Below, piece after piece: positions 13,260 to 24,313 of a stretch of DNA of 64,000 nucleotides; position 1 is the stretch's first letter; each line of letters starts with the position of its first letter. Origin of the DNA: Centroscyllium fabricii (lineage: Eukaryota); assembly GCA_051313645.2 (NCBI GenBank), contig JBNRSN020000012.1, positions 167,772,001 through 167,836,000 on the forward strand, in the 5' to 3' direction. Position numbers and translations under genes: made by a program. The notes beneath the pieces were generated by a model. It did no database searches. It worked only from the letters and a program-made list of their open reading frames with translations, and was not told where the DNA came from.

Positions 13260-13601
13260 CAGGTACACAATCCCTTATCTGCAACTCCAAAAACCAAAGT
13301 TTTTCTTCAATTTATTTAAGAAAAAAATTATTTAAGCTGCAGCAGAAAAAACACGTTCCTACCCCGATCTCGTGCTGTTGATGCCGTGCTGAGGAAAAAA
13401 ACAGCTGGTCTCCCCCTGCAAACGGCCGGTCTCCCCCTGCAAACAGCCGATATGCCGTTCCCCGACCGCTAGCTGGGCCGCAAGCACGGAAATGCGCATG
13501 CGCAAGCAATCTGCGCATACGCACTGGCGCCAACTCTAAAAACCGTATTTATCCGAAACCCGCTCGGTCCCGAGGTTTTCGGATAAAGGGTTGTGTACCT
13601 G
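13260..13601. mobile_element. Tc1/mariner (pogo/Tigger-like) MITE, family A
   Basis: TIRs CAGGTACACAATCCCTTATC / GATAAAGGGTTGTGTACCTG with TA on both sides. It splits a CR1 fragment (HLKY|CEQFWSP). Confidence 0.88.
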
Positions 13602-13937
13602 TACTGTGAGCAGTTTTGGTCTCCATATTATAAAACGGATATCGACACACTGGAGAAGGTGAAAGAAAGATTTACTGGAATGATACCAGAATGGAGAGGT
13701 TATACCCATCAGGAAAGATAGGTAGAGTTTGTAAGGGTTGTTGAACTTCCATCTACCACCCTGTGAAGCCCAGGTGTGTAATGTTTAACAGAAATGGCTC
13801 TGAGGTCTGCATAATTCACATTTACAAGTGGGAACTGTGGAAGTTCACAGAAGACACATGCTGGAAGGCCGATGTACAACTGTAGCAAAATTGCTCTGAG
13901 CTGTATTCTTAGTAACCTTGTTCTGTATGTGTTCCAG

Positions 13938-14085
13938 AGGCCAGACTCCAGCTGAGTCTGATTTCCAGGTACTGGAGATAGCACGGAAGCTCGAGATGTA
14001 TGGAATTCGTTTCCACCCGGCCTCTGACAGGGAAGGGACAAAAATCAATCTGGCTGTTGCCCACATGGGAGTGCTGGTGTTTCAG
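13938..14085 (+). CDS. FARP2: FARP2 coding exon: [49 protein letters not shown]
   Basis: CCAG acceptor, GTAGAT donor. Nearly identical to the recalled FARP2 FERM M/C junction. Confidence 0.95.
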
Positions 14086-14713
14086 GTAGAGATATGAGCT
14101 TTAAATTAACTATAATTGGTTCTCGCAGCTCATACAATGAGACATGCAAGGGTGTGGGCTCAGAGGAAACTGTGCTTATGACAGCTGCTAATTTGCTGTG
14201 AGCAGAAAGTACCAACTGTAAGTCTATTCATAATCCCTTTTTGCGTCCTTGAATCATTTTCTTAGTCACCTTTCATTGGTTTCTCTCATCCTCCCTGTCA
14301 TCTTTCCTGTGACCTTTCTGAACTGTTTTGTCTAATGCTGGCTTGAAGCACTCTTGTACCATGGTTGCATCACTCTAGAAATACCTCCTGCCTTTCAAGA
14401 GTATATGTTTGTTTTGCAATCCTTTGAATAGATTCCTCTGTAGAGATACTAGTTAGCAATTTTTCCCGGTTAATTCTTTTCCCAGTAGGAACAGGGGAGT
14501 CATCCAGAGTGCTGTGAACTGCCTTAAAGAGCAGCATTGGCAGATTATGCTACTGTATTTGCCTGATAATCCGTATGTGCCATTGGAACTGTTTGTGTAA
14601 GTAGTTGTAGTTTAGCGCTTGAGCGCCTGCCTCTGGAAGCTCTACAGTTAAATCCAGTCGCAGGATTATAGATTTAAACTCGTAATATTTTTACTTTTTC
14701 TCTACCCTAACAG

Positions 14714-14809
14714 GGCAATACAAAAATTAACACCTTCAACTGGGCGAAGATCCGGAAACTTAGCTTCAAGAGGAAAAGATTCCTCATCAAGCTCCACCCA
14801 GAAGTCCAT
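14714..14809 (+). CDS. FARP2: FARP2 coding exon (FERM C-lobe): [32 protein letters not shown]
   Basis: CTAACAG acceptor, GTACGG donor, 96 nt, phase 0/0. KLHPEVH is the FARP2-type sequence. Confidence 0.95.
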
Positions 14810-15429
14810 GTACGGTTTGAGGCTTTGGGAAAAGTTCATTGTTTTCTGCTCGCTGTTTTTGTATCTAAGCTTGAAAACTCCTATTAGATCTGTTAAAGCA
14901 TTCAGTAGTGAGAAAGTGGAGGGGCAATTGAGAGAAGTGACTGAAAGCTTAATCAACGAGATGGGCTTTTAAAAAGTTTTGTTTTTGAAGGGGGAGTTTT
15001 GAGAATTTGGCAGAGGTTTCTGCAGGCCTTGAACACAGCGAGCCATCTCGCAGATGTCCGCACCCTGGAATCCGACCAAAACAAGCGCCCGAGGGGAAAT
15101 TAGATAATGGCACTGAATACTGGTTCATTCACACTGTACAGTTCAAAGTCAGATACCTGTCATTGCAATCCTTCATCTTCAGGTTATTACACAAGATTCA
15201 GTATTCAAAATTTCGCAGCACCTTCAAGTGTTTAAATGTAATCCTGCATCCCGGTGCAGACACGATGGGCTGAATGGCAGCCTCCTGTGCTGTAAATTTC
15301 TGTGATCAACTGCCAAAATCCTTTCTCTACAATCCACATTCATTCAGAACATCACAGCCTCTAACTTCCTCTAACCATGTATCCCCTCCTGTTCAGTCTC
15401 TGGCCATTTGTGCATTCTCCCCCCTCGGG

Positions 15430-15855
15430 TGTTAGCCGTGGCAGTGTCTGAGTCAGAAGGTCGTGGGTTTAAGTCCCATTCCAGAGACTTGAGCACAGCA
15501 TCCAGACTGACACTCCAGTGCAGTACTGAGGGAGTGCTGCACTGTCAGCGATGCAATCTTTCGGATGACACATTAAACTGAGGCCCCACCTTCCCTCTTG
15601 GGTGGATGTAAAAGATTCCATGACACTGTTTGAAGAACAACAGGGAAGTTCTCCCCGGTGTCCCGGCCAATGTTTATCCATCAATTAACATCTTAAACAG
15701 TTATCTGATCGTTATCTCATTGCTGTTTGTGGGACCTTGCTGTGTATAACTTAGCTGCAACATTTTCCTACATTACAACAATGACTACACTTCAAAAGTA
15801 CTTAATTGGCTGTAGAGCGCTTTGTGAAGTCCTGAGGTCATGAAAGGCGCTATAT
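15430..15855 (+). mobile_element. Deu-domain type SINE (SacSINE1-like)
   Basis: tRNA-like head (GGGTTTAAGTCCCA), core GACACTCCAGTGCAGTACTGAGGGAGTGCTGCACTGTC and an L2-like tail. Confidence 0.65.
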
Positions 15856-16099
15856 AGAATCACAGAATAGTACAGCACGGAAGGAAGCCACTCTGCCCAT
15901 CGCGTCTGCGCCGGCTCTTTCGAAGAGCAATCCAGTTAGTTCCACTCCCCCTCTCTTTCCACATATCCCCATAATTTTTTCTCCTTTCAGTATCCACCAC
16001 CACTCTATCAGGCAGTGCATTCCAAATCCTAAATGCAAGTTGTTTCTTTCTTATTTATCTAATCATAGCTAGAGCATCTTTGGCATTGGCTTTTCTTCC

Positions 16100-17140
16100 C
16101 GTCCTTGCACCGTTTACTCTCGAGTCCCCTAAGGCTCAACCCTTGGCCCCCCTCTTCCTCATCTACATAACGCCCTTTGGCAACATCCTCCAGAGATGGA
16201 GTCAGTTTTCACATTTATGCAGAAGACATCCAGCTCTATCTCTTCACCAGCTCTCTCGACCCATCACTGCCTTTCTGGTCTTTGATGAGCTGCAATTTCC
16301 TCCAGTTGAACATTTGGCCCCACCTCAAACTCCTTCGCCTCGCCATCAATTCTGTCCACTCCCTGGACACCAGCTCGGGTTGAGCCAGACTGTTTGCAAC
16401 CTTGGTGTCCTATTCTATCCAGAGTTGCGTTTCCGACATTATGTCCTCTCCATCACGGAGACTGTCTACTTACATCTCTAACATCACCTATCTCCATCCA
16501 TGCATCAACTCATCTGCTGCTGAAACCCTCATCCATGCCTTTGTTACCTCCAGACTCGACTATTCCAATGCTCCCCTGGCTGGCCTCTCATCCTATGGCC
16601 TCTCATCCTATGGCCTCTCATCCTATGGCTTCTCATCCTATGGCCTCTCATCCTATGGCCTCTCATCCTATGGCTTCTCATCCGATACCCTCCGTAAACC
16701 TGCTCATCCAAAACTTTGCTCCCTGTATCCTTTCCTGCACCAAGTCTCGTTCACCCCTCACCCCTGTGCTTGCTGGCCTACATTGGTCCCTGGTCCCCTA
16801 ATTCCTTGCATTCAAATTTCTCATCCTTGTATGTAAGTCTCTTCGTTGCCTTGCCCCTCCCTGTTTCTGTAACCTCCACCAGCCCTACAGCCCCCTTTTC
16901 ACTTGAACTCTCCATTCCTCTGATTCGGCTCTTGTGTTTCTTCTCATCCTTTGGCAGCCATGCTTTTAGCATTTCCCCTCTCAACCTCCACTTCACTCTC
17001 CTTTAGGACCCTCCTTAAAACTCACCTCTTCGACCAAGTTTTTGGTCAGCACCCCCTATTATCTCCTCCTTTGACTTGGTGTCCATTTATTCCTGTTGTA
17101 TGCCTTGGGATGTACTTTCTATGTTAAGTTGTAGTTGTTT
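16100..17140 (+). mobile_element. L2-clade LINE 3' fragment with an internal 15-bp expansion
   Basis: SFHIYAEDIQLY and AETLIHAFVTSRLDYSNA motifs. (TGGCCTCTCATCCTA) about 7 times at 16581-16683. Confidence 0.8.
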
Positions 17141-17185
17141 TTGGGAGGCAATTATAATGCCAGTAACACCGTGCTCTGATTGCAG

Positions 17186-17349
17186 AATTCATACCAGGAT
17201 ACCTTGGAGTTTCTGCTAGCTGATCGTGACCTGTGTAAGATCTTCTGGAAGAACTGTGTCGAGTACCACACCTTTTTCAGACTCCTGGACCAACCCAAAC
17301 CAAAGGCCAAGCCAGTTTTATTCAGCAGGGGCTCCTCCTTCAGATACAG
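17186..17349 (+). CDS. FARP2: FARP2 coding exon: [54 protein letters not shown]
   Basis: TGCAG acceptor, GTAGAT donor. YQDTLEFLL and [18 protein letters not shown] match recalled FARP2 better than FARP1 or FRMD7. Confidence 0.95.
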
Positions 17350-18313
17350 GTAGATGTTAACCATGTTTTAACTGTTTAACATTTGTCAATTTAGAGTATT
17401 TCTGTTTGTTAATTGTAGAAATCACTGAGCCTGGTGGGATATAGCTCTACATACGATTTTAAATGAGCAAGTTGTTGACGAGCCCACTAGTGATACATAA
17501 TACATTCCAAGGATTCCTGTTTATCACACCTAAGGCTAATGCATCTTTCTGTCATGCTTATTTTTAAAAAGTATTTTAAAAGCATTGTCACACTGGTGTT
17601 TTATCATAAAAAATGAACATGCAAGAAGTATGCACTGAACGCACACGTCAGTATGAAGCAGGCATAACCAGAGTCTCACGATTATTTATTTTCACCATGG
17701 CTCCCTATTCTATATATACATATATTGTGACTATAAAGTTAGTTTTTCTAGTGGTTTGAATTCTTTATTCATTATATTACAACATAACCACTGTGATCGC
17801 TGCAAATGGAGGAATTGTTTCTGAACATTTTGCATCTCACTTTGTGCATCAATAGGATAGTAATTTTGTTGAATGAGGAGGGCAAAGGGTTAAAAGTTGC
17901 GGTATCTTTTGTCCACTCATTAAAGTGAACAATTAAACAGAGTTGTGCCCACCAATTATTTTGAAGATCAGATTAAAATGTTTACTGAATTGTGGTAAAC
18001 CACTGTTGTTGTTGTTGTTGTTATTCACTGTCGTTCACTCTTGCCTGTTGTATATAACCTGCCTGGACATGCCTCTGCTGATTCCGCCTCTGGCTCCACC
18101 CTCATGCCCTGGTATAAAGGCGACTGCTTTCCAGTCCCCTGGCATTCAGGACTGGTCAACCAGTAGAGGCATGCTCTCGATCTTTAGTAAATAATAGCCT
18201 GTTAGTTACTTGATCTTTAGTAAATAAAACCCTGTTAGTTACTTACTTAACTCCAGTCTTTTGATCGTGATTGATTGCGCATCAATTTTATTTACTAAAA
18301 GTTTTTTGCTGAA

Positions 18314-19300
18314 ATGAATAAAATCCTAAAACCAGAACGCCTAGCGTTAGATCCTCAAGCGGCGGATGCGGCTAGAACGTTCGCGCACTGGCTAAAGTGC
18401 TTCGAGGCATTACTGGATGCCTCCAAAACTACCGTCGCGTCTGAGACAGACAAGCTACTGGTCCTGCAATCCTGGGTGAATCACCAGGTGTACTTCCTCA
18501 TTGAAGAGGCGGCTACTTACAAAGACACCCTGGACCTCCTAAAGGAGCAGTACGCACGCCCGGTTAATGAGGTCTACGCCAGGCACCTCCTACTGTCCCG
18601 CAAACAGCGGCCTGGGGAACCCACGGAAGATTACCTATGGGCGCTGAGGGTACTCTGCCGGGCCTGTAATTGTAAAGCGGTGTCGGCAAAGGTGTACACG
18701 GAGGACCTCATCTGTGACGCCCTCATCGCAGGCATCCGATCAAATTACACCCGGCAGAGACTGCTGGAGCAGGACGACCTCGATTATATAAAAAATAAAA
18801 TAAAAAAAAAGGCCACAGCCCTCGCACTATCGCTGGATGTAATATGGAATCATACTCACCGAACCACGCGGCCGCCTCATGGATGTCGCGGGCGTCAGCA
18901 TTCTGGGACACGGTAGGACTGCTATCCTGCGCCGCCCCCGCCTCATCCCACCAACAGCCCGACTACGGCAGCGATGTCCCGGGGCCAGAAGTGCTACTTC
19001 TGCGGCCAAGCAAAATACCCCAGGCAACCCTGCGCGGCGAAAGACGCTACGTGCTCCAGCTGTAAGAAGAAGCGGCACTACGCTAGTGTCTGCAAGGCAA
19101 AATCGACCTCCCACCCCAGCAGTGCCGCATGTGGACCGATCGAGCCGCCATCTTGGACGGCCGCGTGGGGAACAAGCCGACCACCATCTTGGACGCCCTC
19201 CACCGCGTGCGGATCATGGGCGACGCTATCTTGGACGCCTTCAACCGCGGATGAACCTGCCTCCCCCACCGCCTCACATGATGACTTCAGCGACTCAACG
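18314..19300 (+). pseudogene. Gypsy element 1 gag (frameshifted)
   Basis: KPERLALDP...HWLKCF N-terminus and a zinc knuckle region CYFCG...CAAKDATCSSCKKKRHYASVC. An A-rich expansion near 18785-18810 is associated with the frame break. Confidence 0.85.
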
Positions 19301-22190
19301 CTCCCTGCACTGGCCCCTCGCCCTGGACCAATCCAGGCCTCACCAGCTCGCCAGGTCCATGATGGACATAAAGGTAAACGGCCGCGCCACGAATTGCCTT
19401 TTTGACTTTGGGAGCACGGAAAGTTTTATTCACCCCAACACGGTGTGGCGTTACACTCTCTCGGTTCTGCCAGCGCAGTTCTGCAAGCGTGCCATCGGAT
19501 TTCTTTGGCCTCCAAGTCCCACACAGCGGATGTCGGGGGCTACTGCGTGGTGACCCTGTCGGTGAGGGGCACTGTTTACAAGGATTTTAAACTTCTGGTT
19601 CTGCCCCACCTCTGTGCTGCCGTCCTACTTGGGTTAGACTTTCAGAGCCATCTTAACAGCGTCAAAATGGCGTACGGTGGGCTCCCCCCCCCCCCCCCTT
19701 CATGTCTGCAGCCAGCAGTTTTTAAATCTCCCACCGTGCACCATTTGCAGCCTCTCGACTCTCAGTCACCCCATCTCCACTGTTTGCTAACCTCACCCCA
19801 GACTGCAAGCCCATCGCCACCAAGAGCAGGCGATACAGTGCCGGGGACAGATATTTTATTAAATCCGAGGTGCAATGGCTCCTGAGGGAAAGGGTTATTG
19901 AGGCTAGCACCAGCCCCTGGAGAGCCCAAGTGGTAGTCGTTAAGACCGGCGAGAAACACCGCCTGGTCATAGACTATAGCCAAACCATAAACCGGTATAC
20001 GCAGCTGGATGCATACCCCCTTCCCCGCATATCTGACATGGTCAACCAGATTGCACAGTACCGGGTATTCTCCACTATCGACTTAAAGTCAGCGTATCAC
20101 CAACTCTCTATCGGCCCTGAGGACCGCCAGTACACTGCCTTTGAGGCAAATGGCCGCCTCTACCACTTCCTTAGGGTTCCTTTCGGCGTCACCAACGGGG
20201 TCTCAGTTTTCCAGCGGGTGATGGACTGAATGGTTGACCAGAATCGGCTGCTAGCTACATTCCCGTACTTGGATAACGTTACTATCTGCGGCCATGACCT
20301 GCAGGACCACGACGCCAACCTTAAGAAATTTCTCCGCACAGCCCAACTCCTAAACCTTACTTACAGCAAGGGGAAATGCATGTTCCGCACCACCCGCTTC
20401 GCTATCCTTGGCTGTGTTGTGCAGAACGGGGTCAACGGTCCCGACCCCGACTGCACGCGTCCCCTTCTGGAACTTCCCCTTCCCCACTGCCTCAAGGCCC
20501 TGAAGAGATGCCTGGACTTCATTTTGTATTACGCCCAGTGGGTCCCTAATTATGCAGACAAAGCCCGTCCACTCATCAAGTCCACCTCTTTTCCTCTGGC
20601 GGCAGAGGCCCGTCTAGCCTTCAGCCGCATCAAGGAAGACCTCGCTAAGGCCACAATGCACGCTGTGGACGAATCCACCCCGTTCCAGGTGGAGAGTGAT
20701 GCGAGCGACTTTGCCCTGGCCGCTACCCTTAACCAGGTGGGGAGACCTGTGGCGGCCTTCTCACGAACCCTCCAGGGCCCCGAAATTAGACACTCCTCTG
20801 TCGAAAAGGAGGCCCAGGCCACTGTGGAAGCTGTGCGGCACTGGAGGCATTACCTGGCCGGTAAACGATTCACCCTGCTCACTGACCAGCGTTCAGTTGC
20901 TTTTATGTTTAATAACAAGCAGTGGGGCAAAATCAAAAATGACAAGATATTGAGGTGGAGAATTGAACTTTCCACCTGCAATTATGATATCTTGTACCGG
21001 CCCAGGAAGCTCAATGAGCCCCCAGATGCTCTAGCCCGCGGAACATGTGCCAACGCCCAGGTGAATCGACTGCAGTCCCTCCACAATGACCTCTACCACC
21101 CGGGGATCACCAGGTTCTTCCATTTTGTCAATGCCCGCAACCTGCCTTACTCCATCGAGGAGGACAGGACCATGACCAGGAACTGCCAAGTCTCTGCCGA
21201 GTGCAAACCGCACTTTTATAGGCCAGACAGGATACACCTGATAAAGGCCACCCGTCCTTTTGAGCGCCTGAGTGTCGATTTCAAAGGGCCCCTCCCCTCC
21301 TCTGACCGCAACGTGAACTTCCTCAATATTATTGATGAGTACTCACGTTTCCCTTTTGCCATCCCCTGCCCGGACATGACCTCTGCCACGGTCATCAAGT
21401 GTCTGCACAATCTCTTCGCCCTGTTAGGGTTCCCCAGCTATATCCATAGTGACCGGGGTTCCTTGTTTGAGTGGCGAGCTGCGTCAGTACCTGCTCGCAA
21501 GAGGAGTCTCCGCGAGCAGGACCACCAGCTACAGCCCCCGGGGAACGGACAGGTAGAGAGGGAGAATTCAACAGTCTGGAAGGCCGCCCTGCTAGCCCTG
21601 AAGTCTAGAGGCCTTCCAATTTCTCGCTGGCAGGAAGTCCTCCCTGATGCGCTCCACTCCATCCGATCACTACTCTGTACTGCCACTAATGCTACTCCTC
21701 ACGAAAAAATGTTTGTCTTCCCTCGGAAGTCCACCTCGGGGACCTCGCTGCCATCATGGCTGACTTCCCCAGGGCCCGTCCTACTCCGGAAGCACGTGAG
21801 TAGCCATAAGACGGACCCCCTAGTCGAAAGGGTCCACCTCCTCCACGCCAACCCCCCATACGCCTACGTTGCATACCCTGACGGGCGGGAGGACTCGGTC
21901 TCCATTAGAGAACTCTCACCCTCGGGAGCCCCTGAGACCACTATTCCCCACCACCCATCACCATTGCCCCCCACCGCTACCCACGATGCACCGGTATCGA
22001 GGCATTTTACTCTAGCCCCTGCAGACGGGACCCGTCGCTGAGCACCCACCAACTCGACGCGGATGATGACGACACGCCGGTGCTCCGGACCGCTCTGGAT
22101 TTGCCAATAGAACCTGCACCACAGCCGGAACCACGACGGTCGCAGCGGCAGACCAGACCTCCCGAAAGACTTACTTATACTAAATTTTAA
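19301..22190 (+). pseudogene. Gypsy element 1 pol (protease-RT-RNase H-integrase), disrupted
   Basis: CLFDFGSTESF protease; SPWRAQVVVV, IDLKSAYHQ and YLDN in RT; ESDASD RNase H; SVDFKGP, IDEYSRFP, SDRG and GNGQVER integrase. In-frame TGA at 20227-20229 plus frameshifts. Confidence 0.92.
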
Positions 22191-22519
22191 TTCACTTCAC
22201 CCCGCCGGACTCCTTTTTAAACGAGGGGTGAATGTGGTAAACCACGTTGTTGTTGTTGTTATTCACTGTCGTTCACTCTTGCCTGTTGTATATAACCTGC
22301 CTCGGCATGCCTCTGCTGATTCCGCCTCTGGCTCCACCCTCATGCCCTGGTATAAAGGCGACTGCTTTCCAGTCCCCTGGCATTCAGGTCCGGTCAACCA
22401 GTAGAGGCATGCTCTCGATCTTTAGTAAATAAAAGCCTGTTAGTTACTTACTTAACTCCAGTCTTTTGATAGTGATTGATTGCGCATCATGAATGTTTAC
22501 ATAATTAGATAACTTGGCC

Positions 22520-23540
22520 CGGGACCTCTCTGCGTGGAGTTTGCATGTTCTCCCCGTGTTAGTGTGGGTTTCCTCCGGGTACTCCGGTTTCCTCCCATCG
22601 CCCAAAGACATGCAGGTTAGGTGAATTGGAGATATGCAAAATTGCCCATGACGTTTTAGCCAGCGTATGCAAATTTGCCTAAAACGCTGAACTTTCGACC
22701 TTTTTTTCAGTTTTGGGCGTATAATAGCGTATTCATAACGTATTGGACGTATCGTATTAGTAACGTACACAGAACGTTTCGATAAGTTACAGATAACTTA
22801 TACCAACGAATGCTTAGCGTGTTGTCGGCGTTCACAACTTATGCCCAACGATAGTCTAACGTATGCATAGCGCGCGGCAGCGTATCGCCGACGTTTTAGA
22901 TAAATTTTGATACGTAGGCATACGCTAGCTAAATCGTCAAGGTGTGACCGGGCATGACAGGGGCATAAGTTCTGTGGTCGTCCGGAAGACGTCAAATACG
23001 TCAATATGCGTTGGAGATACGTTACACATAGGTTCAAAGCACGTTACTCATAGGTTAGACATAAGTTCCGGGTACGCTAGACATTATCTCGACGTATTTT
23101 GACGTATGACTAACTTACAAATAACGTGTGTCAACGATCGCCTAACGTGCCTACAACGTATGGCCAGCGTATGCGGAACGTGTGAATCATACGCTAGATA
23201 CGTCGAGATTTTTTGTGCATGCTCAAAAAATCTCGACTTGAAGTACAACGACGTATGCAACGTATGGCCAGCGTATGCCAGCGTGCTCATAACGTATACA
23301 AAACGTACCCATAACGTATCCGACGTAAACCAGCGTTTTAGCCAAATTTGCATACGCTGGCTAAAACGTCAAGGTGTGACAGCCCCTATAGTTCTTCGAG
23401 TTGGTGGTGTCGGAGGCTATGGGGAGAGGGTAGGAGGGGAGTGCTGGGTTTGGATGATCAGCCATGATCTCGTCAAAATGGCGGAGCAGGCTCGAGGGGC
23501 CGAATGGCCTACTCCTCCTATCTTCTGTGTTTCTGTGTAG
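22520..23540 (+). mobile_element. V-type SINE split by a CpG-rich DNA transposon insertion
   Basis: SINE core at about 22520-22647 and SINE tail at about 23390-23540 flank the insert. Confidence 0.7.
22649..23387. mobile_element. CpG-rich non-autonomous DNA transposon with long inverted repeats (PIF/Harbinger-like)
   Basis: 41-bp inverted arms at 22649-22689 and 23331-23371 (one mismatch). The right end reads CAAGGTGTGACAGCCCCT, and a similar terminus occurs internally at about 22935-22952. Confidence 0.65.
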
Positions 23541-23789
23541 ACCATCCCTGGACTGTGCAGCCTCCTTGTTAAACAATTGAGTTCATTATAAGTAAGTCAA
23601 CCTGAACTGTACCAGTGCCAACTCATTCAGATTACTTTTCAACCAATATAATGCCAATGGGCAAACGAATGAACTAAAGGTCAAAACTGAATTCATTACT
23701 TATGTATGCTAACAGTTGCCTGTTTAATGTCTTTCCTTAGAACCGTATCTGCCTACAATTAATGTAACCTGCCTGTAACTAATAAAGTA

Positions 23790-24313
23790 CAGGTTGAGGT
23801 TCATTAATCCGGCACGGGCGGGACCAGGCCCATACCGGACAAGTGAAAATCGCGAACGATTGAAGTTTCGGCGAGCGCATGTGCAGACCATTCAAAATGG
23901 CTGCCGCGAAAAGCTGCGGGGAGACCTGGCTCGGAGAGGCTCGCAGTGGCCAGGCTCGGGGAAGCTCGCAGCGGCCAGGCTCGGAGAGGCTTGCAGCAGC
24001 CAGGCTCAGGGAGGCTCGCAGCGGCCAGGCTCGGAGAAGCTTGCAGCGGCCAGGCTCGGAGAGGCTTGCAGCAGCCAGGCTCGGGGAGGCTCGCAGCGGC
24101 CAGGTTCGGGGAGGCTCGCAGCGGCCAGGATCGGCTCGGCCATTGTGAATGATCTGCGCATGCGCTCGCCGTTCGGCGGCGCATGTGCAGATCATTCGCC
24201 GAAGCATCGATCGCGGTGGCCATTTTGCGCATGCGCAGGGCAGTCAGGGAAATTATTGCCGGACGTTAGAAGTTGCCGGTTTTTCGGGTGCCGGATTAGC
24301 GAATTTCAACCTG
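23790..24313. mobile_element. Tigger-like MITE, family B, with an internal 25-bp minisatellite
   Basis: TIRs CAGGTTGAGGTTCATTAATCCGGCAC / GTGCCGGATTAGCGAATTTCAACCTG with TA flanks. GGCTCGG(A/G)GAGGCT(C/T)GCAGCGGCCA 8 times at 23928-24127. Confidence 0.85.

Larger units (their letters stand above)
17991..22489 (+). mobile_element. Near full-length Gypsy/Ty3 LTR retrotransposon (element 1), 5-bp TSD TGAAT
   Basis: LTRs 17991-18284 and 22233-22489 (TG...CA). TGAAT at 17986-17990 and 22490-22494. PPT-like GAGGGGTGAA before the 3' LTR. Domain order gag, PR, RT, RH, IN. Confidence 0.96.

Noticed and set aside
20230-22041. 603-aa ORF as an intact or domesticated pol
   Set aside because: It is preceded by an in-frame stop within RT, shifts frame inside the integrase core, and sits between two LTRs with a TSD.
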